Origin: Armatimonadota bacterium
GTDB lineage: Bacteria > Armatimonadota > SYMT01
Direction: 5' to 3'
NCBI GenBank assembly: GCA_041690135.1
Contig: JAWLHY010000001.1
Span: 256,001 to 320,000, forward strand
Length of the DNA stretch: 64,000 nucleotides
Shown here: positions 10,582-20,076 of the stretch, piece by piece
How the letters are laid out: the number at the start of each line of letters is the position of its first letter
Numbering within the stretch: position 1 is the stretch's first letter
Notes under the pieces: generated by a model
Told to the model about the DNA's origin: nothing
Databases searched by the model: none
What the model saw: the letters and a program-made list of their open reading frames with translations, nothing else
Program-made: the position numbers and the translations under genes

Positions 10582-10770
10582 CCTGAACACCCGAACGTTT
10601 ACCCCCCAAAGGGGGGCCTGAACGCCAGAATAATGCTGTTGGGAAACTCGATCGCGGGCAGTTGCACTGCAGCCGATCGAGCGGCAAATGACCGCTGAAC
10701 ACCCGAACACCCGAACATTTACCCCCCTCGGGGGGCCCGAACACCCGAACACCCGAACACCTGAACACCG
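10582..10770 (+). repeat. Composite octamer repeat with C-run/G-run hairpins flanking a GCAGTTGCACTGC palindrome
   Basis: Two copies of CTGAACAC(CCGAAC..)TTTACCCCCC-nnn-GGGGGGCC(T/C)GAAC at about 10583-10623 and 10695-10742. Confidence 0.85.
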
Positions 10771-10842
10771 AAAGGCCGTGATACCCTTTGTTCGGGCCCT
10801 GCGCAGCCCCGCGGAGCCGGATTGCCCGCGCACGGGAGGGGT

Positions 10843-11694
10843 ATGGACGGGTCGGAAGTGGGTCCAGAGCGAAAGCGGCGTTCTCCACTGCTGGTGTTCG
10901 GCTTGCTTCTGGCGGTGGGCCTGATCCTTACGGGAGTATTCGCTCCCTGGCTGGCCCCCTACGACCCCCTGCAGCCGGACCCGCGCGTGCCGGTCGGGCT
11001 CCCCGCACCCCCGAGCTCTCAACACCTGTTGGGGACCGACTCCCGAGCCCGCGACGTGCTCAGCCGGCTCATCCATGGCGCCCGGCTCTCCTTATCCGTG
11101 GGCCTGGGGGCCATGGTGCTCGCCGTGGGGCTGGGGACGCTGGTCGGCGTGCTGGCAGGCTACTTCCGGGGGAGTGTGGACGTCCTTCTGATGCGCCTCA
11201 CCGACGTGGTGATGGCGTTCCCCGCGATTCTCCTCGCGCTGGCCGCCGCCACGGTACTCCCGCAGCGGAACGCCTGGACGCTCATCCTCGTCATCGGGCT
11301 GATCAGCTGGACGGCCGCGGCCCGTATTTTCCGGAGTGAGACGCTTTCCCTGCGGGAGAGGGTCTACGTGGAAGCGGCCCGCTCGATGGGCGCCTCGCAC
11401 GGGCGCATTCTCGCCCGGCACATTCTCCCGCATCTCCTGCCGACTTTGCTCGTGGTGGCGAGCCTCAGTACGGCGGCTACCATCCTGATGGACGCGGGGC
11501 TATCCTTCTTGAACGTGGGCGTGCCCGCTCCCGCACCGACCTGGGGCTCCATGCTACTGGATGCCCAGCAATACTATTCCGTGGCGCCCTGGCTGGCTGT
11601 CTGGCCCGGTCTGGCGGTATTGTTGACCGTAGCTTCCTTCAACCTGATTGCCTTTGAGCTTCGCCGGCGAGAGAGCCGCGGAGCGAAGGGCTGA
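10843..11694 (+). CDS. Peptide/nickel ABC transporter permease (OppC/DppC-like)
   Basis: HLLGTDSRARDVLSRL, YVEAARSMGAS EAA loop, PTWGSML; GGAGGG SD. Confidence 0.93.
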   Translation: MDGSEVGPERKRRSPLLVFGLLLAVGLILTGVFAPWLAPYDPLQPDPRVPVGLPAPPSSQHLLGTDSRARDVLSRLIHGARLSLSVGLGAMVLAVGLGTLVGVLAGYFRGSVDVLLMRLTDVVMAFPAILLALAAATVLPQRNAWTLILVIGLISWTAAARIFRSETLSLRERVYVEAARSMGASHGRILARHILPHLLPTLLVVASLSTAATILMDAGLSFLNVGVPAPAPTWGSMLLDAQQYYSVAPWLAVWPGLAVLLTVASFNLIAFELRRRESRGAKG

Positions 11695-11717
11695 ACCCGA
11701 GAATGAGAGAACGCTCG

Positions 11718-13283
11718 ATGAGCCTCCGTATGCACTCTGGTCCCTTCCCCTTGGCTCCCGCGCTGCGGGCGCTCCTCCTGGCGGGCATCCTCCCCCTGGC
11801 GGTAGGCTGCGGCGGCGGGGGAGAGAGCACCGGATCCTCCGCGGGCGGCGCTGGCGGATCCGGCGAGCAGGTGCTTACCGTGGCGACGGCGGAAGTCGCA
11901 AGCTCGGTCGACCCGGCCATGGCGTTTGACACCTGGTCCACCGCCATCGTGCACGCGGTCACCCGCCGCCTGGTGGACTACGACCAGGATGCCAAGCTGA
12001 TCCCCGACCTGGCGGAGAGGTGGGAGACCTCCAGCGACGGTAAGACCTACACCTTCCATCTGAAGCCGGACGCGAAGTTCGCCGACGGCACGCCCATCGA
12101 GGCCAAGCACTTCCAGTCCGCCATCCGGCGCGTGCAGGATCCCGAAACGGGGTCGCCGGGCGCCGATTTCTATGCGGGCATTTCCGAGGTCGAAGCGCCG
12201 GACGCGCGGACCCTGGTCGTGAAGCTGAAGGCCCCGGACCCGACCCTGCCCAACGTGATGGGGATGACCTTCGCGGCGCCGATCCAGGAGAACCCGGACC
12301 CGATGCGGCCCGTTTCCAGCGGTCCCTATCAGTTGGAGACTTTCGAGCCGGGCTCGCAGGTGGTGCTGAAAAAGAACCCGAACGACACCGCGGCCGCCGG
12401 CTGGGTCGATCGCATCGTCATCCAGCTCAAGGTCGAAGAGCCCCTGCAGATGACCCGCCTGCGCAACGGCGAAGTGGACCTGCTTCCGGGTATCCCTCCC
12501 GCGGAGTACGCGCGGGTCATGAACGACCCCTCCGAGAAGGACAATGTCGCCCAGGGGGTGGTGAACCAGACGTGGTATTTCGGGGTGAACGTGACGCATG
12601 CCCCCTGGGATAACCCGCGGGTCCGGGAAGCGGCTTTCCTGGCCCTCAACCGCGCCAACCAGGTGTCGGTCGCGGGAGCGGGGCAGGTCGCCAACGCCAT
12701 CCTGCCGCCGTATGTGCCCGCGTACGATGCCTCCCGCAAGCTACCGGACCAGAACGTTGCCCGGGCCAAACAGTTGCTCCAGGAAGCCGGGTACACGCCC
12801 GGCAAGAAGTCGGTGATGTGGCTCTCCAACAGCGCGGTCTACCAGCGCCGGGCCGAGTTGATCCAGAGCGATCTCGCCGCCATCGGAATTCCCGTCGAGC
12901 TACGCCCCGTTACGTTCAGCGAATACCGCAAAGGGTACCGGAACGATGCGGACTGCTGGTACGGCGGCTGGTATCCGGACTTTCCGGACGCGGGCAATTT
13001 CCTGGAGCCGGTGTTCCACAGCCGGAACATCGGGCCCGGGAAGAACAATGCCGCGCACTACCGCAACCCCCAGGTGGACACCCTTCTCGAGAAGGCCCGG
13101 ATCACCCCGCCGGGTGACGAGCGCATCGCCCTCTACCGCCAGGCGGAGGACATCCTGTTGAAGGACCTGCCCTGGATGCCGCTCTACTATGAAATGGAGA
13201 CGCGCTACTTCCGGGACAATGTGGAGGGCGTGGTGGTCCATCCGGTCTGGCGACAGATGCTCACCGGGATCCGGAAGCAGTAG
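11718..13283 (+). CDS. Peptide/nickel ABC transporter substrate-binding lipoprotein (SBP family 5)
   Basis: Lipobox LAVGC, PDLAERWE.S.DGKTYTFHL, SGPYQL. Start could also be 11703 or 11730. Confidence 0.93.
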   Translation: MSLRMHSGPFPLAPALRALLLAGILPLAVGCGGGGESTGSSAGGAGGSGEQVLTVATAEVASSVDPAMAFDTWSTAIVHAVTRRLVDYDQDAKLIPDLAERWETSSDGKTYTFHLKPDAKFADGTPIEAKHFQSAIRRVQDPETGSPGADFYAGISEVEAPDARTLVVKLKAPDPTLPNVMGMTFAAPIQENPDPMRPVSSGPYQLETFEPGSQVVLKKNPNDTAAAGWVDRIVIQLKVEEPLQMTRLRNGEVDLLPGIPPAEYARVMNDPSEKDNVAQGVVNQTWYFGVNVTHAPWDNPRVREAAFLALNRANQVSVAGAGQVANAILPPYVPAYDASRKLPDQNVARAKQLLQEAGYTPGKKSVMWLSNSAVYQRRAELIQSDLAAIGIPVELRPVTFSEYRKGYRNDADCWYGGWYPDFPDAGNFLEPVFHSRNIGPGKNNAAHYRNPQVDTLLEKARITPPGDERIALYRQAEDILLKDLPWMPLYYEMETRYFRDNVEGVVVHPVWRQMLTGIRKQ

Positions 13284-13286
13284 TCC

Positions 13287-14210
13287 GTGATTGCGTTTCT
13301 GGTCAAACGGTTGCTCTGGGCCATGGTGATCCTGCTGGGGGTCACCATGCTCACGTTCGTGGTGGTCTACCGGATCCCCGCGGACCCGGCCGCCATGCAG
13401 GCCGGGGCCAGCGCCAGCCCGGAGACGATCGCGCGGATCCGCCACCGGTTGAAGCTCGACCGCCCGGTCTGGGAGCAGTACCTGACCTTCCTGTCCCGGC
13501 TGACCCGCGGGGACCTGGGTGAGTCGTTCTCCGAGCGGCGACCGGTGGCCGAGGCGATCCGCGAGCGCCTTCCCGCCACGATTCAACTGGCGCTGGCCGG
13601 ATGGACGGCCTGGCTGGTCCTGGGTACGCTTCTGGGCGTGTGGGTTGCCGCCCGGCCCACGCGCCTTCGAGAGGGGGCGCTGCTTTTCTTCTCGATCCTG
13701 GGGGTATCCACCCCCACCTTCTGGATCGGGATCGTCCTGCTCGCCCTTTTCGTCGGCCGGCTGCACCTGCTGCCCGCCGGAGGCATGGGCACCTGGAAGC
13801 ACCTGATCCTGCCGGTCACCGCGCTGGCCGTTACCGGGGTCGCGTACTATGCCCGGCTGGCGCACTCCAGCATGACGGAAACCCTGCGCCAGGACTTCAT
13901 CCGCACCGCCACCGCCAAGGGCGTCGCGCCGCGCGCCATCCTCTGGCGCCATGCCCTCCGCAATGCCCTCCTGCCCCTGGTCACCATCGCGGGCACGGAC
14001 CTCGCCGCGCTCCTGGGCGGGGTTGTCTTCACGGAGACCGTCTTCGACTGGAAGGGCATGGGACAGCTTGCCGTGAGCGCCGTAGGGACCCTCGACATCC
14101 CGGTCATCGTGGGGGTCGTGCTCGTTTCGGCGGTCTTCGTCGTCCTCGCCAACCTGGCCGTCGACCTGCTCTACCCCTTCCTCGATCCACGGATCCGGGT
14201 GGAGGAATAA
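13287..14210 (+). CDS. Peptide/nickel ABC transporter permease (OppB/DppB-like)
   Basis: GDLGES, LPATIQLA, DFIRTATAKG, HALRNAL, DLLYPFLDPRI. Confidence 0.93.
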   Translation: MIAFLVKRLLWAMVILLGVTMLTFVVVYRIPADPAAMQAGASASPETIARIRHRLKLDRPVWEQYLTFLSRLTRGDLGESFSERRPVAEAIRERLPATIQLALAGWTAWLVLGTLLGVWVAARPTRLREGALLFFSILGVSTPTFWIGIVLLALFVGRLHLLPAGGMGTWKHLILPVTALAVTGVAYYARLAHSSMTETLRQDFIRTATAKGVAPRAILWRHALRNALLPLVTIAGTDLAALLGGVVFTETVFDWKGMGQLAVSAVGTLDIPVIVGVVLVSAVFVVLANLAVDLLYPFLDPRIRVEE

Positions 14211-14237
14211 CTTGGAGTTTATTCCGCAAATGGGATG

Positions 14238-14460
14238 CTGATTGACGCCCGTAGCCGGGACGGTGAGAGGGAGTGGTGGGGGTTCGTGTCCGCTACGGGT
14301 CAATCGGACTGTAGGGAATGCGACGCCGTTCCATTCCGCAATCGGTGACGCTGATCCCGTTGAGCCAGACCGAACCAGTTCTGTACCCAGACTGCCACGT
14401 GTTGGCCGAATGGGATCAACCGCAGGTCAGCGGAACGCTACGGCGAGACGTTCCCTACAG
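14238..14460. repeat. Two adjacent long inverted-repeat rods (REPIN-like, GTAG-type ends)
   Basis: GATTGAC.CCCGTAGC / GCTACGGG.TCAATC (about 14240-14305) and CTGTAGGGAA / TTCCCTACAG (14309-14460). The inner segment recurs at about 17533-17636. Confidence 0.7.
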
Positions 14461-14584
14461 GTACCGCGTGCCAAAGTTTGCGATCGACATAAGGGCCAGC
14501 GCGGAGGATGGTGCGGATCATACTGCTATCTCCTGACACGATCATACCTTTCACTGCCCTTACCAGTCGACCCTGATGGATGTA

Positions 14585-15805
14585 TCAATTCAAATGCTCA
14601 GGGCGCTCCATTACGGTGACCAGGCGAAGGCGTCCTCCTTCGGCCCGGGCTTCGGTAGCCTCGGCTTCCAGGCGTCGGCGTTTCTCCTGGTACATGGCGG
14701 CATCTGCCCGCGCCAGCAGGTCGTCGTCCCCCGGCTGACCATCGGCCAGCCCAATACTCAGCGTGACCGGGAAGGGGAACGCTTCGGCTTCGTTCAGGCG
14801 CTGAAGCCGGGCTCGCACCCTCCGGATGACGTGCTGCCCGTCTTCCAGCGTGGTGTCGGGCATCAACATCACGAATTCGTCTCCGCCGTAGCGGGCCACC
14901 ACATCGCCGGCCCGCACACTGCCCAGCATCCGCCCCAACGCTTCCAGTACCCGGTCCCCCGCCAGGTGGCCCCAGGTGTCGTTGATCCGCTTCATGCAAT
15001 CCACGTCGACCATTGCCAGGCACATCGGCCGGCCGTTGCGAACGGATCGGGCCGTCTCCCGGCGGTAGTGCTCCTCGAAGTGCCGTCGACTGCCCACCCC
15101 CGTCAGGGGATCGGTCTGGGATTCTTCGAGCAAGGCCTGGTAGGTGCGGGCCGCCGCAATGGCGGAAGCCAGGATCGCGGCAATCGTCCGTAAGATTCGC
15201 AGCGTTTCGAGGCCAGGACGGTCCCTGCGCCGGGCCTGGACGATCAGCAGCCCTTGCGTCCGGCCGTCGGCGGCGAGCACGAGACCGAACACCGGCCCGC
15301 CGCGATGGTGGGAGAGGCGAGTGCGGAGTTCCGGGTCGAGGGTCTTACCGCTCAGTACGGCGGGCTGGCCGGCCCGCATCGCGCGCAGCAGCTCCCGGCT
15401 CGCAGGAGTGACCCGCTGCGCGTCTTCCAGGTGGGCCGGATGGGCATTGAGGCTGGAAGTGAGGACCAGGTCGCCGCGCCCATCCAGCAGCCGCAGGCAG
15501 GCGGTCCGCGCGAACAGGAGGCGACATACCTGGAGCACGCCCGCATCCAGCGTGGCCTGGATCTCCCGCGGCCGTCCGGCCTTGAGCGCCAGGTCTTCCA
15601 GGATTTTCATCGGGCGCTCGCGCTCCCCCTGGGTGCCCGCGATCCGTCGCGACACCCAGCCGGCGAGAAGCGCGTAACCTGCAAGACGTACCACGATCCA
15701 GACGGGGGAAGCCGGGGAGGGGAGTGCCGGCGACAGGCCGCCCGCTGCGGCGCAAATACCCTCCGCCAGGATCAGCACGCCGAACATTCCGAACCCGAGG
15801 CTCAT
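14585..15805 (-). CDS. Membrane-anchored GAF + GGDEF diguanylate cyclase
   Basis: TDPLTG, KRINDTWGH, RAGD I-site and ARYGGDEF; two N-terminal TM segments. Start uncertain. Confidence 0.9.
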   Translation of the reverse strand: MSLGFGMFGVLILAEGICAAAGGLSPALPSPASPVWIVVRLAGYALLAGWVSRRIAGTQGERERPMKILEDLALKAGRPREIQATLDAGVLQVCRLLFARTACLRLLDGRGDLVLTSSLNAHPAHLEDAQRVTPASRELLRAMRAGQPAVLSGKTLDPELRTRLSHHRGGPVFGLVLAADGRTQGLLIVQARRRDRPGLETLRILRTIAAILASAIAAARTYQALLEESQTDPLTGVGSRRHFEEHYRRETARSVRNGRPMCLAMVDVDCMKRINDTWGHLAGDRVLEALGRMLGSVRAGDVVARYGGDEFVMLMPDTTLEDGQHVIRRVRARLQRLNEAEAFPFPVTLSIGLADGQPGDDDLLARADAAMYQEKRRRLEAEATEARAEGGRLRLVTVMERPEHLN

Positions 15806-15996
15806 CCGTTCCTGCCCGCCTTCGCGCATCGTCATTCCCTGCGCAGATTGTCGGACGCTTAGCCGGCCGTCTAACAGGCGAACACCGGCCCGCCCCGCTC
15901 TCATGATTATGATCGGACTCTGGCGGGCGAGACGCCCGCCCCACTCCGCCTCTCACCTCCCGTCCCCCGGATGTTGCATGATAAGGACGGGAGATT

Positions 15997-17493
15997 ATGC
16001 CAATGCCGGAAACCATCGACACACTCATCATCGGGGGCGGGTTCGCGGGCCTCACCGCCGGCGCGCTGCTGGCGAAGGCGGGCCGGAAGGTCGCCGTTTT
16101 CGAGAAGCATTCCAAGCTGGGGGGCTACGCCCAATACTTCGGAACGCCGCAGTTCGACGCGTCCACCCACCTGATCGGTGGGGCCGGTCCGGAAGGGACC
16201 ACCCGGGCCATCCTGGAGCGAACGGGTGCGTTCGAGCGGGCGGAGTTGGTGCCGCTCGACCCACTCTATGCCGCCGTTTTTCCCGAGCAGAACTACACCG
16301 TTTCTCCCGACCCAGAGCGGTTTCGGCAGGAGTTGGCCACCCTCTGGCCGGGCGAGGCGGAGGGGATCCGCCGCTTCTTTCACGACATCGCGCAGCTCGG
16401 TCGCGAGTACGCGGCGCTGCCGGAGGAGCCGCAGGCCACCTCGCTGCTGGTGAAGCATCACGAACACACCCTGGATGAGTTCCTGAATGGCTACACCCGC
16501 AACGAGCAGGTTCGGGCCGCTCTCTCCGCGCTCTGGCTCTTTGCCGGCTTGCCGCCGCGCAGCCTTTCCGCGGGCTATTACGCCTGGCTCTGGCACAGCT
16601 TCCACACGCAGGGCTCCGGCTTCGTCCGGGGCGGTATTCGCAACCTGGCCCATGCCCTGGCCGACCTCATCACCGCGACGGGCGGGATTGTGGAAACCGG
16701 GACCCCTGTCGCGCGCATCACCCGCAACCGCGGCTGGGTGACCGGAGCGGTCACCGCGGACGGCCGGGAATTCGCCACCCGGTCCGTGATCTCCACCGCC
16801 AGCCCCCACGACACCTTCGATGAACTGCTCGCCGCCGAAGGGCAGCCCGCCGCGGGCTATCCGGCTTTGCGGTCCTTCGCCACCTCCGTCTCCGCCCTCA
16901 CGGTGCACCTGCTGGTCGAGGGTCCCGCGGACGCCGCCGCTCGCACCACCGTACTCCACGACACTTACGACCTTTCCGGCGCGTACATCGACGTCCAGCG
17001 CTCCGAACCCGACTACTCGGCACTCGTCTGCTCGGTGCTCGACCGTGGCGACACCGAGCGGGTGCCGGAGGGGAAACACCTCGTCAGTCTCTTCACGCTC
17101 GCTCCCTACTCCCGGTACGATAACTGGAACGTGCCCCTGGATATGCGGCGGACCAAGGAGTATCGCGCTCTGCCGGACTACCTCGCACTGAAGGAAGAGC
17201 TGGGTGGAGAGCTGGTGCAGCGGGCCGAGCGCCTGCTGCCGGGGCTATCCGGACGGGCTGAGGTCGTGAAGGTCGGCACGCCCATCACCATGGAGCGCTA
17301 CACCTGGAACGCGGGCGGCGCGGCCTACGGGTGGGCCAACCTGCCGCCCCAGTCCGGCGTTTACCGCCCCGGCCCGGAGACCACCTTCGAGGGCCTCTTC
17401 ATGGCCGGCGGCTGGACCTTCCCCGGCGGCACCATCGCCGGCGCGATCGAGTCCGGCCAGCGCGTCGCCGACCTGATCCTAAGCGGCGGCTAA
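15997..17493 (+). CDS. Phytoene desaturase / retinol saturase family FAD oxidoreductase
   Basis: IIGGGFAGL...FEK...GGY dinucleotide fold, TPITMERYT, GAAYG, GLFMAGGWTFPGG. Confidence 0.88.
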   Translation: MPMPETIDTLIIGGGFAGLTAGALLAKAGRKVAVFEKHSKLGGYAQYFGTPQFDASTHLIGGAGPEGTTRAILERTGAFERAELVPLDPLYAAVFPEQNYTVSPDPERFRQELATLWPGEAEGIRRFFHDIAQLGREYAALPEEPQATSLLVKHHEHTLDEFLNGYTRNEQVRAALSALWLFAGLPPRSLSAGYYAWLWHSFHTQGSGFVRGGIRNLAHALADLITATGGIVETGTPVARITRNRGWVTGAVTADGREFATRSVISTASPHDTFDELLAAEGQPAAGYPALRSFATSVSALTVHLLVEGPADAAARTTVLHDTYDLSGAYIDVQRSEPDYSALVCSVLDRGDTERVPEGKHLVSLFTLAPYSRYDNWNVPLDMRRTKEYRALPDYLALKEELGGELVQRAERLLPGLSGRAEVVKVGTPITMERYTWNAGGAAYGWANLPPQSGVYRPGPETTFEGLFMAGGWTFPGGTIAGAIESGQRVADLILSGG

Positions 17494-17532
17494 GACTCAC
17501 TGTGGGAGTTCCAAGAGGCAAAGTGCAATTGA

Positions 17533-17636
17533 TGGTGAAGCTGATCCCGTTGGGCCAAACCGGACCTTTCCTGACACACGACGGCTACGAGTGGTCCGGA
17601 CGGGATCAGCCCCAGGCCGGCGGAACGCTGCGGCGA
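17533..17636 (+). repeat. Second copy of the hairpin core at 14344-14447
   Basis: Aligns without gaps: GGTGA.GCTGATCCCGTTG.GCCA...GGGATCA.C..CAGG.C.GCGGAACGCT.CGGCGA. Confidence 0.8.
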
Positions 17637-17965
17637 CGTGCAAATCTGATCGCCAATGCCAACTCCAGGTCGGGAGCGGCACAGCTCAATCCATCACGCC
17701 TTCCGGTACCCGGCGCATGCGCTGCAGCCGATCGGACGGGGTTCAGCAACAACACGAGCAAAACCTATCTCGGAAGGCTGTGCTCAATCAGGCCCCGCAC
17801 CTTCGGTTAAGCTCACTCTTTCCTTCTTCTCCGTGGCATTCTTTGTGTCTCTGTGTCTCCGTGGTGAGGAAGCCGATAGGGTTTGCGAGGAAGCCCGCCA
17901 TCGGGATAAACTTGAGAGCTATCGCGCTCCATGGGGGAGACGCATATCAGGTCGGAGGGGCAACC

Positions 17966-19231
17966 ATCAGCTCGGTACTGGAGCCTAACGTCAGGCTGAC
18001 GACCCTGGATAACGGGATTCGGGTGGTAACGGAGCGCATTCCCCACGTGTTCAGCGTGGCGATTGGAATGCGGGTCGATGCGGGCGCGCGCGACGAACCG
18101 GAGAACCGCGCCGGGATCTCGCACCTCCTCGAGCACATGGTGTTCAAAGGCACCGAGCGCCGTACGGCTCGGGCCATCGCGGAGGAGCTGGACGGGGTCG
18201 GCGGCCAGATGGACGCCTACACCACCAAGGAGTACACCGGCTACAGCGCCCGGGTGCTGGCCGAGCACGTCCCCCTCGCGCTCGACGTGCTGGCCGACAT
18301 GCTCCGGCACTCGCTCTTCGACGACGCGGACCTCACCCTCGAAAAGAGCGTGATCCTGGAAGAGTACCGCAGTGTCGAGGATGCCCCCGAGGAATACGTC
18401 CACGACGTCTTCAACCGGACGATCTGGCCCACGCACCCCCTGGGCCGGGCGATCATCGGGGATCCGGCCGTTATCACCGCGCTCACCCGCGACGAACTGG
18501 TCGATTACCTCACCACTCACTACGTACCGTCGCGGATCATCTGCGCGGCCGCGGGCAACATCGAGCACGATACCTTCGTCCACGAGATCGAGAAGCAGTT
18601 CGGGGATCTTTCCGGCCCGGAACCCCCGCGTCACTTCGCGGCTCCGGAGACTACCCTGGAGAAGTGCCTCATCACGCGACCCACGGAACAGGCGCATTTC
18701 TGCATGGGCACCCAGGGAGTGGATGAAAATGATCCGGACCGTTGGGCACTGCGGATGCTAAACCTCATTCTGGGAGGGGGGATGAGCTCCCGTCTCTTCC
18801 AGGAAGTGCGCGAGAAGCGCGGGCTCTGTTACAGCATCGGCTCGGAGGCCTGTACGTTCCGCGAGGGGGGCCTGTTCATCGTCTTCGCGGACACCAGCCC
18901 CCAGCAGATGGAGCAGGTGATGGACCTGACCCGCCAGGAATTGTTGAACGTGGCGCAGCACGGCCTCGACGCAGCGGAACTGAGCCGCGCGAAGGACCAG
19001 GTGCGGGCGGCACTGCTGCTTTCGCTGGACGACGTGGGCAGCCGGATGAACCGCCTGGCGCGGGGCTTGCTGTACCACGGCCGCGTGATGCCCCTGGAAG
19101 AACTGCAGAGCCTGGTGGAAGCGGTCTCCCTCGACGATTGCCAGCGCGTGGCTCAACGACTGTTCTCCACCGGCGAGTTCGCCTTCGCCGCCATTGGACC
19201 TTTCGGAAGCCGGAAGAAGCGTAAGAAATGA
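17966..19231 (+). CDS. M16 (pitrilysin-family) zinc peptidase
   Basis: LDNGIRV, HLLEH inverted zinc motif, LGGGMSSRLFQEVREKRGL. Start uncertain (ATC 17966 after GGAGGGG, or TTG 17912). Confidence 0.92.
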   Translation: MSSVLEPNVRLTTLDNGIRVVTERIPHVFSVAIGMRVDAGARDEPENRAGISHLLEHMVFKGTERRTARAIAEELDGVGGQMDAYTTKEYTGYSARVLAEHVPLALDVLADMLRHSLFDDADLTLEKSVILEEYRSVEDAPEEYVHDVFNRTIWPTHPLGRAIIGDPAVITALTRDELVDYLTTHYVPSRIICAAAGNIEHDTFVHEIEKQFGDLSGPEPPRHFAAPETTLEKCLITRPTEQAHFCMGTQGVDENDPDRWALRMLNLILGGGMSSRLFQEVREKRGLCYSIGSEACTFREGGLFIVFADTSPQQMEQVMDLTRQELLNVAQHGLDAAELSRAKDQVRAALLLSLDDVGSRMNRLARGLLYHGRVMPLEELQSLVEAVSLDDCQRVAQRLFSTGEFAFAAIGPFGSRKKRKK

Positions 19232-20031
19232 GTGTGGCTGTTGCCGTGGCCGGGGCTGCCGGCCGGATGGGACGCAACGTCGTCAAGGCCGTGTGCGAGG
19301 ACGCGGGTACCCGCGTGGTCGCCGCTGTCGATATCACCTGCCTGGGCGAAGACGCGGGCGAGCTGGCCGGGTGCGGTCCCTCCGGCGTGAAGGTACGGGA
19401 CGACCTGGAAGCGGCGCTCCGTGAATCCGGAGCGGAGGTGCTGGTCGATTTCACGTGGGGTGAAGTCGCCCACCGGAACGCGCTGACGGCGCTGCGCTGC
19501 GGCGTATCGCCCGTGATCGGGGCGACCGGCATGAGCGCGGAGCAGGTCGCGGAGATCCGGGCCGCCGCCGAGGCGGCGGGGGTCGGAGCCTTCATCGCCC
19601 CGAACTTCGCGATCGGCGCGGTGTTGATGATGCTCTTTGCCCGCCAGGCGGCTAAATACATGCCGGAGGTCGAGGTGATCGAGCTCCATCATGAAAAGAA
19701 GAAGGATGCTCCCAGCGGCACGGCGCTGCGCACGGTGGAGATGATCCTGGAAGGGCGGGGCGAACGGACCGCGGTCCGCCCCGAACACGAAGAGATCAAG
19801 GTCGAGGGCTCGCGCGGCGGGGACATTGAGGGAGTGCGGGTGCACAGCGTGCGCCTACCCGGTTACGTGGCGCACCAGGAGTGTATCTTCGGTGGTCTGG
19901 GCCAGACGCTCACTCTCCGCCACGACAGCATCGATCGGGTGAGCTTCATGCCGGGGGTGGTGCTGGCCTGCAAGAAGGCGCGGGACCTGCGGGGTCTCGT
20001 CATCGGCCTGGAGCACCTGCTGGACCTTTGA
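19228..20031 (+). CDS. dapB: 4-hydroxy-tetrahydrodipicolinate reductase
   Basis: GAAGRMG, APNFAIG, IELHHEKKKDAPSGTA. Confidence 0.96.
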   Translation: MSVAVAVAGAAGRMGRNVVKAVCEDAGTRVVAAVDITCLGEDAGELAGCGPSGVKVRDDLEAALRESGAEVLVDFTWGEVAHRNALTALRCGVSPVIGATGMSAEQVAEIRAAAEAAGVGAFIAPNFAIGAVLMMLFARQAAKYMPEVEVIELHHEKKKDAPSGTALRTVEMILEGRGERTAVRPEHEEIKVEGSRGGDIEGVRVHSVRLPGYVAHQECIFGGLGQTLTLRHDSIDRVSFMPGVVLACKKARDLRGLVIGLEHLLDL

Positions 20032-20076
20032 ACCTGGAATTCGAGGAAGACATGGAAGAGGAGACCCCGCGGTCGC

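Noticed and set aside
14309-14460. SRP RNA or 6S RNA
   Set aside because: Lacks the SRP CAGG..GGAA..AGCAG domain and a large central bubble; the ends look like GTAG-type REPs.
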